A DNA stretch of 64,000 nucleotides from assembly GCA_043228905.1 (NCBI GenBank), contig JBHGNT010000011.1, forward strand, positions 15,562,001-15,626,000, written 5' to 3'. The stretch's first letter is position 1. Each line of letters begins with the position of its first letter. Origin of the DNA: Azolla caroliniana (lineage: Eukaryota; Plantae; Polypodiophyta). The notes beneath the pieces were generated by a model. The model was not told where the DNA came from. It did not search any database and saw only the letters and a program-made list of their open reading frames with translations. A program made the translations under genes and the position numbers. Shown piece after piece: positions 1 to 13,886 of this stretch.

Positions 1-1629
1 AACAGAATCACTCTCCCACCTAATCAATCCCCTTATCTAAGGTCAAATCACCCCATTAGAGAAGACCTCTAACATGATCCTTTGAAAGAGTTGTACATAC
101 AAGACATAGGCAGGTGCTGTCACATGGATTCATTCAAATAGTGGGTGGTAAGAAAAATAGATGCACAAGAGAAACTAGCTGATTATATAACTCATAATCT
201 TGACTGTGCATCCACAATGCCTGTGTCCAACCATAACTACACATCATTTCTATCATTAGTGATCAGCAGTAAAGGTTTCCTTATTGGCTGTGCTGGCCCC
301 TGAATTAACTCTAAACCTTAGAAATTGTGCATGAATAATGTACGTCCAGGGCGTTGATTCCCTCCATGTTCCATCATCACTCATTTTTAGAATCGCCCTC
401 CATGTTCCTTTGATGAGGAAGAGATATTCATAAGGAAACAGAGGCTTATGCAGGATCCTTTCAGAATGATACCCACACGGATAGTTTGGAATGCTGTTGG
501 ATCATGCTGATGCTTGTAGCACAGGGATCCTTGATGTCTTGTTCAGTTCTTGGGTAGGTTGATCTTTTTATTGACAACTCAATGAGCTTTTCTTTCTGTA
601 TGGGTGAGATATCACTTAACATTATGAATATACTGTTTTTGGATCTTACAGACCACTTTGCCTCTGCAGAGCATCGAACTTTCTTTTTTATCCAGCGCCC
701 ATTAGACTAATGAATGGCGGACAGGTCTACTTCTAATGTTTTTGACTCACAACGTTATATTAAATATGTTATAGTGTGCACTCATAGCAAAACGTGTCAT
801 GTCCATCATCAGTAGAATATACCATAATGCTATCTGACAGCTCAATCCTGATTGGTCTGTATGAAGCATTTTCCTATCTAATTCCTATATATAATAAATA
901 TACATTCGTGACAACTATCCTTGTCATAATCTGTGAAACAGTTTCTCCAATCAGGACTTGACATGCAATTCATCAGATCGACTAGTTTTTAGCTTATCAA
1001 TTGCTAGGTGGAATAATTTTGTCAATCTATAGAGATTATATGCCCATATCTTATTGTATAGAATTGTGTTGCTAATCAGGCAACAGGACCTCAGAATACC
1101 TTTCGTTGTTCAAAAAACAGCATATCTGTACCACGTAAACTAGTTTTATCAATGCACATATAAGAAAATGCTATTTTGAGGTCCTGTTTTTTTGAGAAAC
1201 ATGATTCAGCCGGATAAGACATGAATATCATCTTCCATCTGATATGGTTGGATAGCTTTGGTTATCAAACGAAACAGGAGATCCGAATACATCAGCTAAT
1301 GGCACAAACACCATACCCATCATCAGATGGAATAATTTAAAAATGAACAGCGAACACCGTATCCATTTTATCAGGAGTTGAACAGCCTTGCAAATCAATA
1401 CAAACAAGATCTCAGAAGCCTTACTAGTTGAAATGCGTTATCACATCCTGGCTGTTTAGGTCCATGATCATCATCGCCGGATGTCTCATAGCAGAGACCA
1501 AGTTGCAGAAAACCAGAGTGAATGATCTTCAGGGAGAATGCAGGCTGCAGCTATGGCTAGCAAGCTGCCAAGGAGAGAATCTCATTGTTCAGCTATGTTG
1601 AAATGAAGTTTTCATTCTTGGGTTTTTTG

Positions 1630-1830
1630 TCTTCTTCTTCTGCTTCGGCTTCTTCTTCTTCTTCTTCTGCTTCTGCTTCTTCCTTCTTCTTCTTCTGCTT
1701 CTTCCTTCTTCTTCCTTCTTCTTCTTCTTCTTCTTCCTTCTTCTACTTCTACGTCTACTTCTACTTCTACTTCTACTTCAGCTTCACTTCTTGCTCCCAA
1801 ATACGCACTTCTTTTCTTCTACTTCTGCTT
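1630..1830. repeat. (CTT)n/(CTTCTA)n low-complexity microsatellite
   Basis: Direct read: long tcttcttct and ttctac runs. Explains the spurious ORFs at 1585..1887 and 1612..1800. Confidence 0.9.
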
Positions 1831-1884
1831 CAGCCCAAGCCCAACACGCACTTCAGAGTACCCCAGTACCACAATATATATACC

Positions 1885-2581
1885 TAGCTTTAATCAACGG
1901 CTCAGCTCAAGCCTAAACCGAACCGTTAAACCAGTTTTATAAATGGTTTGGAAGTTTGGCTGTTAGGTTCGGTTCGGTTCAGGCTTGAGTAATAGTCAAC
2001 AATGTTAAAAACCATTAAATCGTTGAAACCGAACCGTTCACCCCCCAATACCGAAGCGAACCGCAGCTTAACGGTTGAAACGGTAAAGCTTGTTTTAGTT
2101 CAAGGTCAAGTTTTTTTAACGGCTCGGTTTCAGTTTGGTTTAGTTTCAACGGTTAGAAACCGTTGTTTAAACGATTTAATGGTTTTTTTTTTATAATTAA
2201 AACAATCTTTCATTTTTAAGCCTAATTCTCACATTTTAGGAAAATCTTTACAATTTTGAACAAATTTTAATTTTAAATAATGACATTTTTTTCTTTTTTT
2301 TTTTAGTTTTCTTTTTTTCTTTTTTTTAAATTTGAATTTTGGCCTAGGTTGAAAACTGAAACCACGGTTTTAATGGTTTAACGGTTTGGATTTTTTTAAA
2401 TGGTTCAATTTAAACGGTCTCAATTCAAATGGCTTCATGGTTCAGTTCCGTTCGGTTCAAGTTTCAAAAATTTTAAATGGTTCAGTTTTGACACTCTCAA
2501 ACCGAACCATTGCTTATTGTTAGGTTTGAACCTCCTTAACCAGTTTGAGCTCGGTTTGGCAAGGCTCAAACGAGCCTTACC
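1885..2581. mobile_element. Non-autonomous DNA transposon (hAT-like) with AACCG/CGGTT subterminal repeats
   Basis: Dense aaaccg/aaccgaacc/cggttc motifs in both orientations around an AT-rich core. Both ends match, in reverse complement, a shorter copy at 37288..37443. Family call is inference from Ac/Ds-like subterminal motifs; TIR and TSD not resolved. Confidence 0.6.
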
Positions 2582-5500
2582 TCAAATTTAAGAGAAACTA
2601 AAGAGGTATCCCAAAGTTTCAAATTCAAGGTTTTTGCATGATTATTACTATGTGGACAATGGCACACTTTGTTTGATATCATATATGTTTATTGAATCTA
2701 GTTTGATTTATTATTAGCATTAAGGTTTGGATTAGTACACAAAGATGGTCTACCTAGGGTAGAAGTGTCATCGAGGACACTATTATCAATGTTTTTGGCT
2801 TGAAGACAGCTTTTTTTTCATGTAATTGAGCTTAAAGCTCTGTCCTATTCAATGATGCATCATGGGGGCAAGTGTCCCACGATAGGGGGTTCAAATTGTG
2901 ACACGTGCCCCAAGGGAAAAGTTGAAGATTACCTATGCGCTAAATTGGGAAACCTTGTAAAGCTTATAAAGTGAACAATCAGATTTCCCTTCGAGAGAAA
3001 TAGATCAAAGGATGAATACTCATGAGAAGAAAAATATTCATGACTACATGAAGGAATATTCGTATGTTGTATCCATCATTGAAAGCAGTGGTATCAACGC
3101 AGAGACTGGAATCATTGTGAAACTAGATTGTTGTCTGTTTGAATTTTATTGGGAATCTCATTACTCATTCATTGTTGAGAACTTTATGTATGACATGGTG
3201 AACTGGGCATGTTCATGTCAAACCTTGGCAAGAAGCATGTGGAAGCAAACAAATGCACATTGATACACTCCATTAGGTTGAAGAACTAAAGCATAAGCCT
3301 TGGAGTGATACTATATAGAGCCACTTGTCTCATTGTTATCAAACTCTCTCGTCAATGAAATGGCCCCTTTGCGTAAATAGGCCCGACCATTGTTATGGAA
3401 GAAGTCCACCACATCTCACGTGTCATGTAGAAGGAAAGTCAAAAGAAGTCAACTAGATGGACGAAGAATTTGTTGTCAATATGAGTTTGTGAATGGGTAA
3501 CACGATCCCAATCGGTAAGCTCAATTGAACAAACACTATGAGTTGGAATTGTAAAATGAGTTGATGCCTTGTATAGCAAGGATATTGGGAGTACATTGAC
3601 AAAAACTTGAAAAACATGCAAATCTATGGCATCTTGACTACACCAATTGGATAAAAGATTGAATCACACAATGTATTTCATACGGAGATTTGTGCATGAC
3701 AATATGCTTGTCTATGTGCAAGATGTCAACAATGTCATAGGTAAAGTGGAAAAATCTAGATATATGTTACCAACATGCATGCCCACTAGCTTCAACTTTA
3801 ATTTAAGATAGAGATAAAGATAAGTATCTCTATCAATTATGATACTTTGATGATGAAAGTCCTTTATGATTCAATTGCTCGCATCATTGCGAATGTAGAT
3901 GAGGACGTGCACATATGAATGTTATCATGGATTGAAATGCACAATGTCAAGTACAGGAGTCTAATTAGGCCAACTACAAGGCCAGGCTTTGGCCAATTGT
4001 ACTAACTACGAGGGTGCATGAGGGTCCTCTGGAAAATTAGGTGATAGGTGAAAACTTCCTTGTTGGATGTTGATTGAGAAGCCCATATTAACGACATTTC
4101 CATGGAAAATGACTTGAGAAGGAACAAACCATCATCATCACCTACCATAGATAGAAACAACAATTCTCGTGACACTAAAACTCGAGCTCATATACTCAAG
4201 ACCCTTATAACAACGTGTTTGTGTTCCCTAACATCGATGATACGAGCGTGAAAGTGGACCATGTGAACGACATTTGAGCCTAGAGCCGACGAGGGAACTT
4301 CTCAAGTTAAGGCCCCTCCAAGCAAACGACTATAGCAAGAATAACGACTACTATGACTCCACGTGATCACGATCTTGACAATGATCTATATTAGGATATT
4401 GATCTGGTTGTTAATAGGGACGCTGCTCCCCTATCTTCCTCGACAACTAACTCGACGCAACATGTGTATCCCATTCATCAGACTCGGCCTAGATTGAACC
4501 AACCCAACCCAACCTAACCGGCCCAATTCATTAGTCGCATAAGACTTTTGGTCCAATGGTTCGACCCACGGCAATGACTCACCTAGAGGTTATAACTTAG
4601 AGCCAAAGTCCACCTTCCAAAGAGAAGATTGGTCTCTCTCTCTCTCTCTTACATATATGTACAAATTACAATAATATGTACATATATGATTGAAGAAAAA
4701 TGCCAATAATATGTACATAATACATATATGATTGAAGAAAAATGCTCTCTCTCTTAATATATCTTTCTTTCTCTTAATTCATTTCATATGCATTGTGCGA
4801 CTGTTGAAGGCGAAGAAGGTTTTTTGATTTCATGCAGGGCTTCCTTGGAAACCAACGAACGAAAGATTTTGATGTGAGCGAATGCCGCGCGCGCAGAAGA
4901 TCTTCTGTAAACCCTACCTCCTTCTCCATCCGGTCAGAGCCAGCAATTCATCTCAGCATTCCTTCCCTTGGTTCTCTCTTTCTCGCGTCTTAATTTTTAT
5001 TTTATTTTCTACTTTCTTGATCTGTCTCTCTTCTTAGCTCATCAAACTGCACACCGACTTTCTGCATAACCTTCTTCCAAGGTTTCTGCTGCCTAATGTG
5101 ATGTCCAGTCTCTTTGCTCAGACAATGTTATCCCTGTAATGTAATGTGGAAACTACTTATCTTGCACAGTACGATCAAATATTTACTGTCATCTGTAAGT
5201 ACGAAAGAAGTTTTAATTCTGTGTTTTTGTGAATCACATAATGAAGCATACAACGCTTGCCACAAACAATGGCTGTTCTTGGTGCTTATTCAGTAACATC
5301 TAGTTGACGCTCACAAAGTAATCCCAAAAAGACGTCGATAATGAAAACGTCTCAGATTTTTCTCCACTACGCTTTGAAGCACCTCAAAAATGATAAATAC
5401 TTCAACGTTTGCAAGGTTTTCTTCGAAAACACCTTGTAAATTGCCTCATTATGTATCAAGTGGTTGAAACATCTCAAAATTTTCTTGATTATGCATGGAA

Positions 5501-6806
5501 GATTTCTCGTTTTCTCAGCTGGTTGATGAGCACAATCATCAGTTTTAAATCAGCTTCACAAGCTACTCCAGGTTGGAAACCCCCACACTTCAATTGTCAA
5601 TGTTTTTATTCTATAACATCACAATACTGGCGTCATTATGTGTTTGTAACATGTGCAAGCTCAGGTTTTTATTCATTTATGCGGTTGTGTATTGATAGTT
5701 TATACGTTTTCAGCTTTTAGATGAACATGCTTATGACTTCTAGTAAAAGGTTGCTTCATAGGTTGGTTGAAACTTCAAATTGCTTACTCACTATGCTTTC
5801 ACGGGAAATGTTTGAAGTTTTTATTCTAAAGCATCTCAAGTTTTGCTTCATTTATTATAAACACTCGGGTATTTGGTGTTTTCCCAGTTAATGGGTAGAG
5901 ATGACCACTTTGAATCAAAATTCACAAGCTATTGCAGGTAATGAATCTTCATCTAAATCTGCATTAATGAAATTAAGATGTAGCTCAATATCTGAAGGTT
6001 TTCTAATGCTAAAATTTCTCAAAAGTTGATTTCATTATGCATTTATGTGCCAAACTATGTCCCAATATTGTGCTGTTTCATGCGTTTAAGTTAACAGATG
6101 ATCACTCTCATCACTCAATACTGCTCAAGGTATTGCTTCTCTGAATACCATTGTTTGAAAGAATAGTCACCAAAAGACATTTAATCTAAAAGTGGCATTT
6201 TTATTTACTCAAAATTTGAAGTGTGTCAAACATTGGAGGCATCCAATCATTCAATCTCAAAAATTTAAGGCGAATTTTGGCATAATGTAAGCTTTTTTTC
6301 GATGCTGTGAATGTAATTCCATTCTGTTAGAAAAGAGGAGAATCAAATGTGATGTGTTTTAGATGATAATCAGCTTATCCATCCAAGTGTAATTAGTATT
6401 TCTTGGTTATTTCATTCCATGTCTTCTCATGGATACATCAGACACCAGAATTTATTTATTCACGATTCTCGTGGTTGATTTTGCATCTTATAATTTCAGG
6501 TGCTACAGGTAGTAGAAGGTATTGAGTGAATTTTCTTGAATACCCAATTATAAGTATTCTATGTTTTCGCGTGATCCATGACATACTCAAATGGATTAGT
6601 ATTTTGGAGTTTAAGTCTTATTGCTTTCACAGTTGACCTGGCCCCAAAGAAAATTAGGAATGAATTCGGTTATTTTCCAAGAAAAGCATGTTGAGTGCCC
6701 TGTTATCCTCGTTGCAGGATTTAACTGATTGAAATGAAAATCACTGCAAAGAAACAAACAATTAATACTAATTTTGGCGCTAATAATACATTGACGGTTC
6801 CTAAAA

Positions 6807-9644
6807 TCAGACCTGATTCATGGATTGATTCCAGTATGCCTTCCGATTCAAGTCATTGGCTTGCATCATCTGCCCAAATGCGCTGTGGTCATATTGTTCT
6901 TCTAAGTTTATTAGTATATTCTTCCCAAAAATCTCTTCAACGAGTTTTAAGCTCCTCGTATCTTTTGAGTAAATGAATTTGGCTTTCTCGTAAGTCACTG
7001 GATCAATAAAAGGCTTCCACAGCTGGCAATGCAACAGAGCAAGAACTTAGCCTAAAACAAGATACCATAGTTTTTCAAAGAATCTAATTCAGTATTTTAC
7101 CACACTTATGTGAACTTAGGTACCTTCCAAGTGAATTCAAATATCTTGGGTGCATTCATCATGATGCCGATTGCAAGTCTCTCTGGATAATGGTTTTGTA
7201 AAATATGTGCAGTTTCCTTGACGGTTTTGATAGGAGTTGATTTTGAGACTGACCAACCCTCAAAGTCAATTATCCACAAAAACTTTTGCTGGCCTTCAGG
7301 CAAATGCAAGACTGCAGTCTCCATCATGTGAACAAGCTGCCGGATTTGGCCATCAGGTGAGCTCGTGTTCTGAATGTCAAAATTACAGGTTATGTACATT
7401 CAAGAATCATGTGAGAGATTTAAGCAAAAGATTTTGGCAAAACAGACTTGGAGCCTGGGAGTCATTATGATCACTGGTCTTCCAAGCTTATCTGTAAATC
7501 TGGCCATATACATCTTTCCAGTTTTGTATTCCTCTGCTACTTGTTCCTGTGTAAATTCATGAGCTTATTGGCAGATTGTATCACAAAATAAAAATTATAC
7601 CAGAAGCATCAGTTATATATCTTATGTTCTCTCTAATCTCACGCATTGTGAGGCTTTTACTGGCTTGATAAGGTTTTTGAGGTATTTTAGTCTTTGTTGA
7701 AAATGAAAAGCTCAAGTCACTCATGGTCATAGCACTTAAGGAGGGATCATACAGTCATATTCGTATTGTAGATGGCAGGCTGTGAAGATGTTAAGAGGGA
7801 CTCAATTTTTTAAAGGCAACTTTGGATGGTTTTTGAGGTATTTTAGTCTTTGTTGAAAATAAAACGCCCAAGCCTCTACTGCTCAGATAATGGCACTTGA
7901 GGTATCATATAGTCATTCTTTCAGTAGTTGGGAACTTGTGAGATGTCAAGAGGGACAGAAAACATTAAAGGCAAAGGCAGCTTTGGATTCGTTTTACAAA
8001 ACACCTTCCATACGAAAATTGTACTTCAAGCACAAGCCTCTTGGGTAGGGCTGAATTATATTAACCTAAGTTTTTCGCCAAAAAGTAGCATTACCAAGTC
8101 ACACAGACCATATTTATGAACTTAATGAGCCTGACTAAGTTTTACATAAGTTAAATATGCATGCTGTCCATTATGTTGATTTCACATCACATACAGGAAG
8201 TGCATTATTTGGCCCAAACTCCATTTATTGGCACATACATAGCTGTGGCTGGCCTTCTCTTCTTGTTTCTTGTGAGGTTTATACTTCTTTTGCTAGTTGT
8301 TATTACATTAGTAAAACTGAAGATATGAAGATCTGAAGTTCGTGTTTTCGCAGCTATGATTTGTACTAATTGTCTTAAGAACTGTTGAAATTATGTTTCA
8401 AGGTAAGGTTGTTGTAAATAGTAACACTCAAGGGGAAGACCAATTCAGCCGGACATATATGGACCCCACTAAGTGAAAGTGTATAAAGGAAATGCTTCAG
8501 ACTTGGAGGGAGTTGGCTGATCTTTTTTGTGCTCTTGCACATGTTGCACCTATTGAAATTAAAATAGTTAATATCTGGCAAACTCTCTGTTGCCTTCATG
8601 CATCTTTGAGTTTTGGATATGCCTGTTGTGATTTTGTCCATTTTTTGCCACTCCTTCCGTTAGTGCTCTTATATGATCTTGATGTAAGGTTCAATGCAAC
8701 ATGAGTGTGTTTGTCTTATTTCCAACAAGATTAGGCAAATACGTGATGCCAGTATTTGTATCGATTTCCAGATCATGTATGCTTGAAATAGGGTGTTTTC
8801 AGGTCGGCTAGATCCCATAGAGAATTTAGCCTGCATCTGAGAAGGTTCATGCACATCTTTCTTTCCACATATGATTCTACCTTATGGTTTCTATATAAAT
8901 ATATATACATATTTGGATTGTTCATAAGGTACCCTAATCATCTATATGGAGTTTTAAACTGTGGCCATTTGTAAACTATGCATTTCTTCCTCATTTACTT
9001 ATGCTGTAAATTTACGTTCTTGTAAAGGTATATAAAACATATACAAAGAAATGTTGATTTGAAGCATGAAAAACCTGACATCACGTGTATGTATAGTGCT
9101 TCCAAAACATCTTATTACAATCTTGCTGAGAAAAAAGGAGAATCAATGTATACAAAAAAGAAAAATAAGACATTACCCATCTTATATCTTCAGGTTTGTA
9201 GGACTTCCTCCACTTGAGAGTCTCTTGGAGCATATGTTTCGCCTTTTTTACATTCCAATTTCTTGCTTGCAAGTATCTCCTCAGGCATGCCTCAGAGCAA
9301 TACAACTTTTGATGATGATTATCAAGAGGACCCAAGGCACTGTAGAGTTCTTCAATCTGTTTTATTTCAAAATCAATAAAACCTAGGATGTAAGTTTCTC
9401 ATCACAATGGGACACTTATCATCTGCATTTTACCAATTTTCCGAATATTAATAATTTATGATATGAAGGGTCATTGGACATTGGGCAGATATGATCATGA
9501 TGGAATTGATTTCATATGATTTATAAATGAATACAAAATTGTTTCATTTTGTGATATTAATCATATGATGAAAAAGCTATTTCGCGTTACCTTGGCATGT
9601 TCATCCAGAGTTAGAGGCTTTTGAACATCACTGCCTTGAATCAT
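6807..9644 (-). CDS. SEC14-like CRAL-TRIO lipid-binding/transfer protein (~264 aa, 5 coding exons)
   Basis: Exons 9644-9591, 9356-9177, 7546-7448, 7369-7124, 7022-6807, all GT-AG and in frame. Motifs: CLRRYLQARNWNVKKA..ML.ETLKWR, TGKMY, DKLGRPV, WIIDFEGW, LQNHYPERL, KPFIDPVTYEK. Start ATG uncertain; 5' UTR likely extends to ~10800. Confidence 0.9.
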
Positions 9645-10249
9645 GTTATAGTAATTCCAGAGGTGCGACTTTTGTATGTTGGCTGTATAATCACACTGTT
9701 GAAACTTAAAATTTTGTGTAGGTGATGAAACAGCAAGGAATTGAGATTTGCAAGGAAATTCAAAATTTGTTGTCTGGATCATGAAACACAGATGCATGGC
9801 AAAGTAAACGGATTTAAAAAGTAATATAGCATATTAATCTATATCACTTGCAGTAAAAGGTTCTTTTTTTTATCTATGTTCCATGATAGATAGTTCTCGA
9901 ATGTATGCAAATGTATTTAAGCCAAAGATTGTTTTTTATCTATCTTCATCCTTGACAGTCAAAGATTATTTTTTGATTGACAGATTTCAAAGTTTCTAAT
10001 GTTGCATGATTCAGAACTTGGGCTTCTAAATTCAGCATTTAGTGGTTTCTCCCATGCACATGAAATGCATATTTTTGGAATATGTAAGTTATGTATTGAT
10101 TTAAAAACAATAAGAAAGTATTATCAATTATATTAATCCACCATTGATTAGAGAATGCTGATATAACCCACTCAAAAAAGTTCCAGTAGTTTCTTGGTTT
10201 CTTGGATGGAGGCATGATATGAGTCTAGATTGGCCCAAAGACCGGACGA

Positions 10250-10475
10250 AATTAAATGTCAATTATGGATCGATCCATTATTGATTAGAGAATGATGAAA
10301 TGACTCATATGCAATAACATAGTATCAAATTTCAATCATGGATGTATCCAAAAGACATTAAGAAGTTAAATGTCAATTATGGATCCATCCATTATTGATT
10401 AGAGAATGATGATATAACTCAAAGGCAACAACATAGTATCAAATTTCAATCATGGACGTATCCAAACAACATTAA
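10250..10475. repeat. ~125-bp tandem duplication upstream of the SEC14 ATG
   Basis: Two copies of ttaaatgtcaattatggatc.atccattattgattagagaatgatga...aacatagtatcaaatttcaatcatgga.gtatccaaa, plus a partial copy near 10135. Confidence 0.8.
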
Positions 10476-10664
10476 ATCACTCTTAATTGAGTCATTAGAT
10501 TGATGATCAATCTGAATTCCATCGATTAGAGAACAGTCATTTAACCCATAAGCAACAAAGTAAAGACTGATGACACAATGACCCATAAGCAACAAAGCAA
10601 GAATTTGGGATTTGAGAACGACTAAGGTTGGCATTAGAACTACCTGCAGAGTTCTCTGTTTCGC

Positions 10665-10713
<49 letters not shown>

Positions 10714-12852
10714 CTTTGTCACTGTCTCTGTTTCTCTCTCTGTCTCTCTGTTTCTTTGTCACTGTCTCTGTTTCTCTCTCTCAAATTGAAACATTCAGGA
10801 CAAACATCGTGGTCGATCGCTCTGCAAAAAGTCTCCTTTTTTTTTTCTTTTGTACAGAAGTGAACATGCAAAAAGTCTCCCCCAAAGGGGTTCATGCGAC
10901 ATGGTGGGTTTTTTTGGTTGCTTTATATGGAACAAATAATAATACTACAGACCATAACAAAACAAAACAATAATAGAGACCACAAAAACCCAATAGAAAT
11001 CTAGGAGTTTTTTATGAAGGGCAAAAATTGCGATCATATTAAAACATAAACACAGGTAATGTGACAATTAAACGTGGGTTAAAACTTATTGAAGTGCAGT
11101 TAGGAGGCAATAAATCATGTTTTTCATGTGAGTTGTTTGGGTTGCAAGTAATTGGATCTAGCAATGCAAAACAAGCGAGCCAAGAAGGCACCCCTTTTCT
11201 TGATAATGTGGGGGAACCAAATACACTCTAAGAATATATGGATTCCCATTAGTGTAAAATTTAAATGACCTACTTCCTTTGTGGACTTGAATGCCATGCG
11301 TCCTTATTTGCTTTTCCTCATTATTTTTCTCGAGAAATCTAGTGGACAAATCTAGTTGGTAGCATTCATTTCTTATTATTTTGCCATAATCGCCCTTGAG
11401 AAATTATTATGCTCATAGGAGAGAAAGGTACTCGTTGGCTATTTTGGATGTCATATTTGAAATTAGGTCACAAAAAGGGATCGTAGATGAACAACTAGGA
11501 AAAAGGAATATTAACTGTTGAATGACTTATTTAATGCATAAAATTGATAGAATTTACGTAGTTAGGATAAATGTGGAGGCTCATGTGCGTTTATGAAAAG
11601 TTTGAGCTAGTATGAAAGAAGTCTGAAATCATGCTAAACTAACTAGATGAACCTTTCATATGCTAGAAAATTATCATTACACTTAGGATTACTCCATAAC
11701 ATCCTGAATTAGTTAGACTCAAGTTTTGCATTTGGAAAGCTTCATGGTGCCTTTTGCTTCCATTCAATTAAGGGAGTTCCCAACAACATTTGTTTACAAA
11801 AATCACTCTTAGCAAATGTTGCATCATCTACATATTTGAGAATTTCACATTGGATATCATACATGAATATAATAATCAATGAATTACCATGTGTGAACAG
11901 TGGAGTTACAATGAACTAAAACAGGGAGAGTGTGATAGACACTAGGGACACATCACATAATTGGTCGCCAATAGGATCTTCTTGATTGATTGTAGATATC
12001 CGTAGTCAAGGTTATGGGTGTCATATAACGCACTAAAACCATGAAGTGCAAGAACATTTACGTATCTTGCGGAAGTGCATTGAGGCCTATAACCATGGGG
12101 TTAGAACCTTTACATGTCTTGGGAAGTGCGCTAGGCTATATAATTATAAGTGCAAGAATCTCCAACCACCCCCACCACTTGGAAAAATAATCACAAGAAT
12201 TTGGTATTTTGACCATTTTTTAAGGCTCACTCTCAATGAGCCTTACCCTTATTAAGAAAATCCGAAAATCATAATGTCCCTTTTGGAAAGTGACACTTGA
12301 CGATGCATGTGTTGAGAATTACATTATTGGTTGGTGGGGTAGTTGGAAAGATAACTTAAATTGTTTTTGAATTTTGAAATTGGCAAGAGAGATTAGAAAA
12401 TTTGTTGTCAATCAATTTTCTCACACTCAAACTCTCACCCAGTTTATGGAGATTGTTTGGACAACATGATTAAATTACAAATAAAAATCATGATGTGATA
12501 AATACATACATATATACTAGTAATTGCTATCATGAAAACCAAATAGTTCTAGTCTATAGAATGAGGCTTGTGGTGGGGTCTTGTGGAGCTAATTGGGAGA
12601 AGAAAGACCCAAATTGAGTGTAATATCCTTGAAGCTGCCAACACCTCTGCTGCCAAGGAATTTATATATTTTTTGCACTCAGGAGGCCTCCAATTAAACA
12701 AATTCAAACATCACTGCCATGAAAGCACCAATTGTTGAACCATAATAGATTCTCAACATTTAAATGGTTGGGTACTATTAACAACATGCCACACCACAAA
12801 GCTATAATTCTCGTTTTCCCATGCTACATACCAACCTTTTCTACAAAATAAT

Positions 12853-13476
12853 TGTTGGGAAAGTTGGTCCCTCCGGATGGGAACAGGAACACGAGTCGAA
12901 GAAAGGGAGAACCGAATCAGTTGATAGCAACTGGACCGAGGCCGAAAAATCAATTGATTGTTTGATTCGGTCATGGCCGAAAATCAAATCCGAATCGATT
13001 CGGCTAATAGAGGAATCAGTTGAAGCCGACTCGGGGCTATATCTGTAAATAGAGTTAATGTGCCCTTTGTGGGCTATATTTGTAAATAACTCTAAATGTT
13101 GTATTAGTATAAATACATCTACTAGGTCAATCATTATGAGTTAGTTGAAAAGTTATAGTGAGTTGTGGCCTCTGTAACTAAGTTAGTGTAAGAGAGTGAG
13201 AGTGAGTAACTTCTCCATAACCATCTGCTTAGATGAAGAAGAACTCAAGGTTGGTGCCTTGGAAGTTCTTATTGTATTCCTCTTACTGATAGTGAGATAG
13301 TTCAGAGTCTGTGGGCTCCCGTGGTTTTTTCCCCATTTCGAATGTTCCACGTAATTTCGTAAACATCATGTGTCTCTGTACTTCTGGTACTCTATTGTCT
13401 GTATATTGTCATTCTCGATCTTTGCACCCACATACGCACACGTGTGAACCAGTTGTGACTGGCAGTATCCTCAACA
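12853..13476 (+). mobile_element. Solo LTR, Ty1/Copia-type (624 bp)
   Basis: Starts TGTTG and ends CAACA. Flanked by a near-perfect 5-bp TSD (ATAAT/ATAAC). Has an internal TATA (tataaata ~13108) and the cccgtggtttttt-ccc...ttccacgtaa motif typical of plant Copia LTRs. Confidence 0.8.
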
Positions 13477-13886
13477 ATAACTAATTATTTCTGCCAAGGT
13501 TGGGTACAAATGCACATACCTTTCAAAAGATTGAATCTTCGAGCAACCATATGATCTTCTAAATTTAGTAAAAAGCAGCTCCCCCTAACCATTTTGGGGT
13601 ATAGATATTGTTCCATGATATCCAACTCATACCAAGGTTTGGTTCTTTCTTCCATAGTGTATACACCTGTGAACCAGTTGTGACTGGCAGTATCCTCAAC
13701 AATAACTAATTATTTCTGCCAAGGTTGGGTACATATGCACATACCTTTCAAAAGATTGAATCTTCGAGCAACCATATGATCTTCTAAATTTAGTAAAGCA
13801 GCTCCCCCTAACCATTTTGGGGTATAGATATTGTTCCATGATATCCAACTCATACCAAGGTTTGGTTCTTTCTTCCATAGTGTATA
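13438..13886. repeat. ~225-bp tandem duplication spanning the LTR 3' end and LINE junction
   Basis: 13438..13663 is repeated at 13663..13886 with a few substitutions and a 2-nt indel. Confidence 0.9.

Noticed and set aside
2900-3900. Possible decayed hAT transposase next to the AACCG element
   Set aside because: Only a vague LVYV-like match; too degenerate to support without a search.
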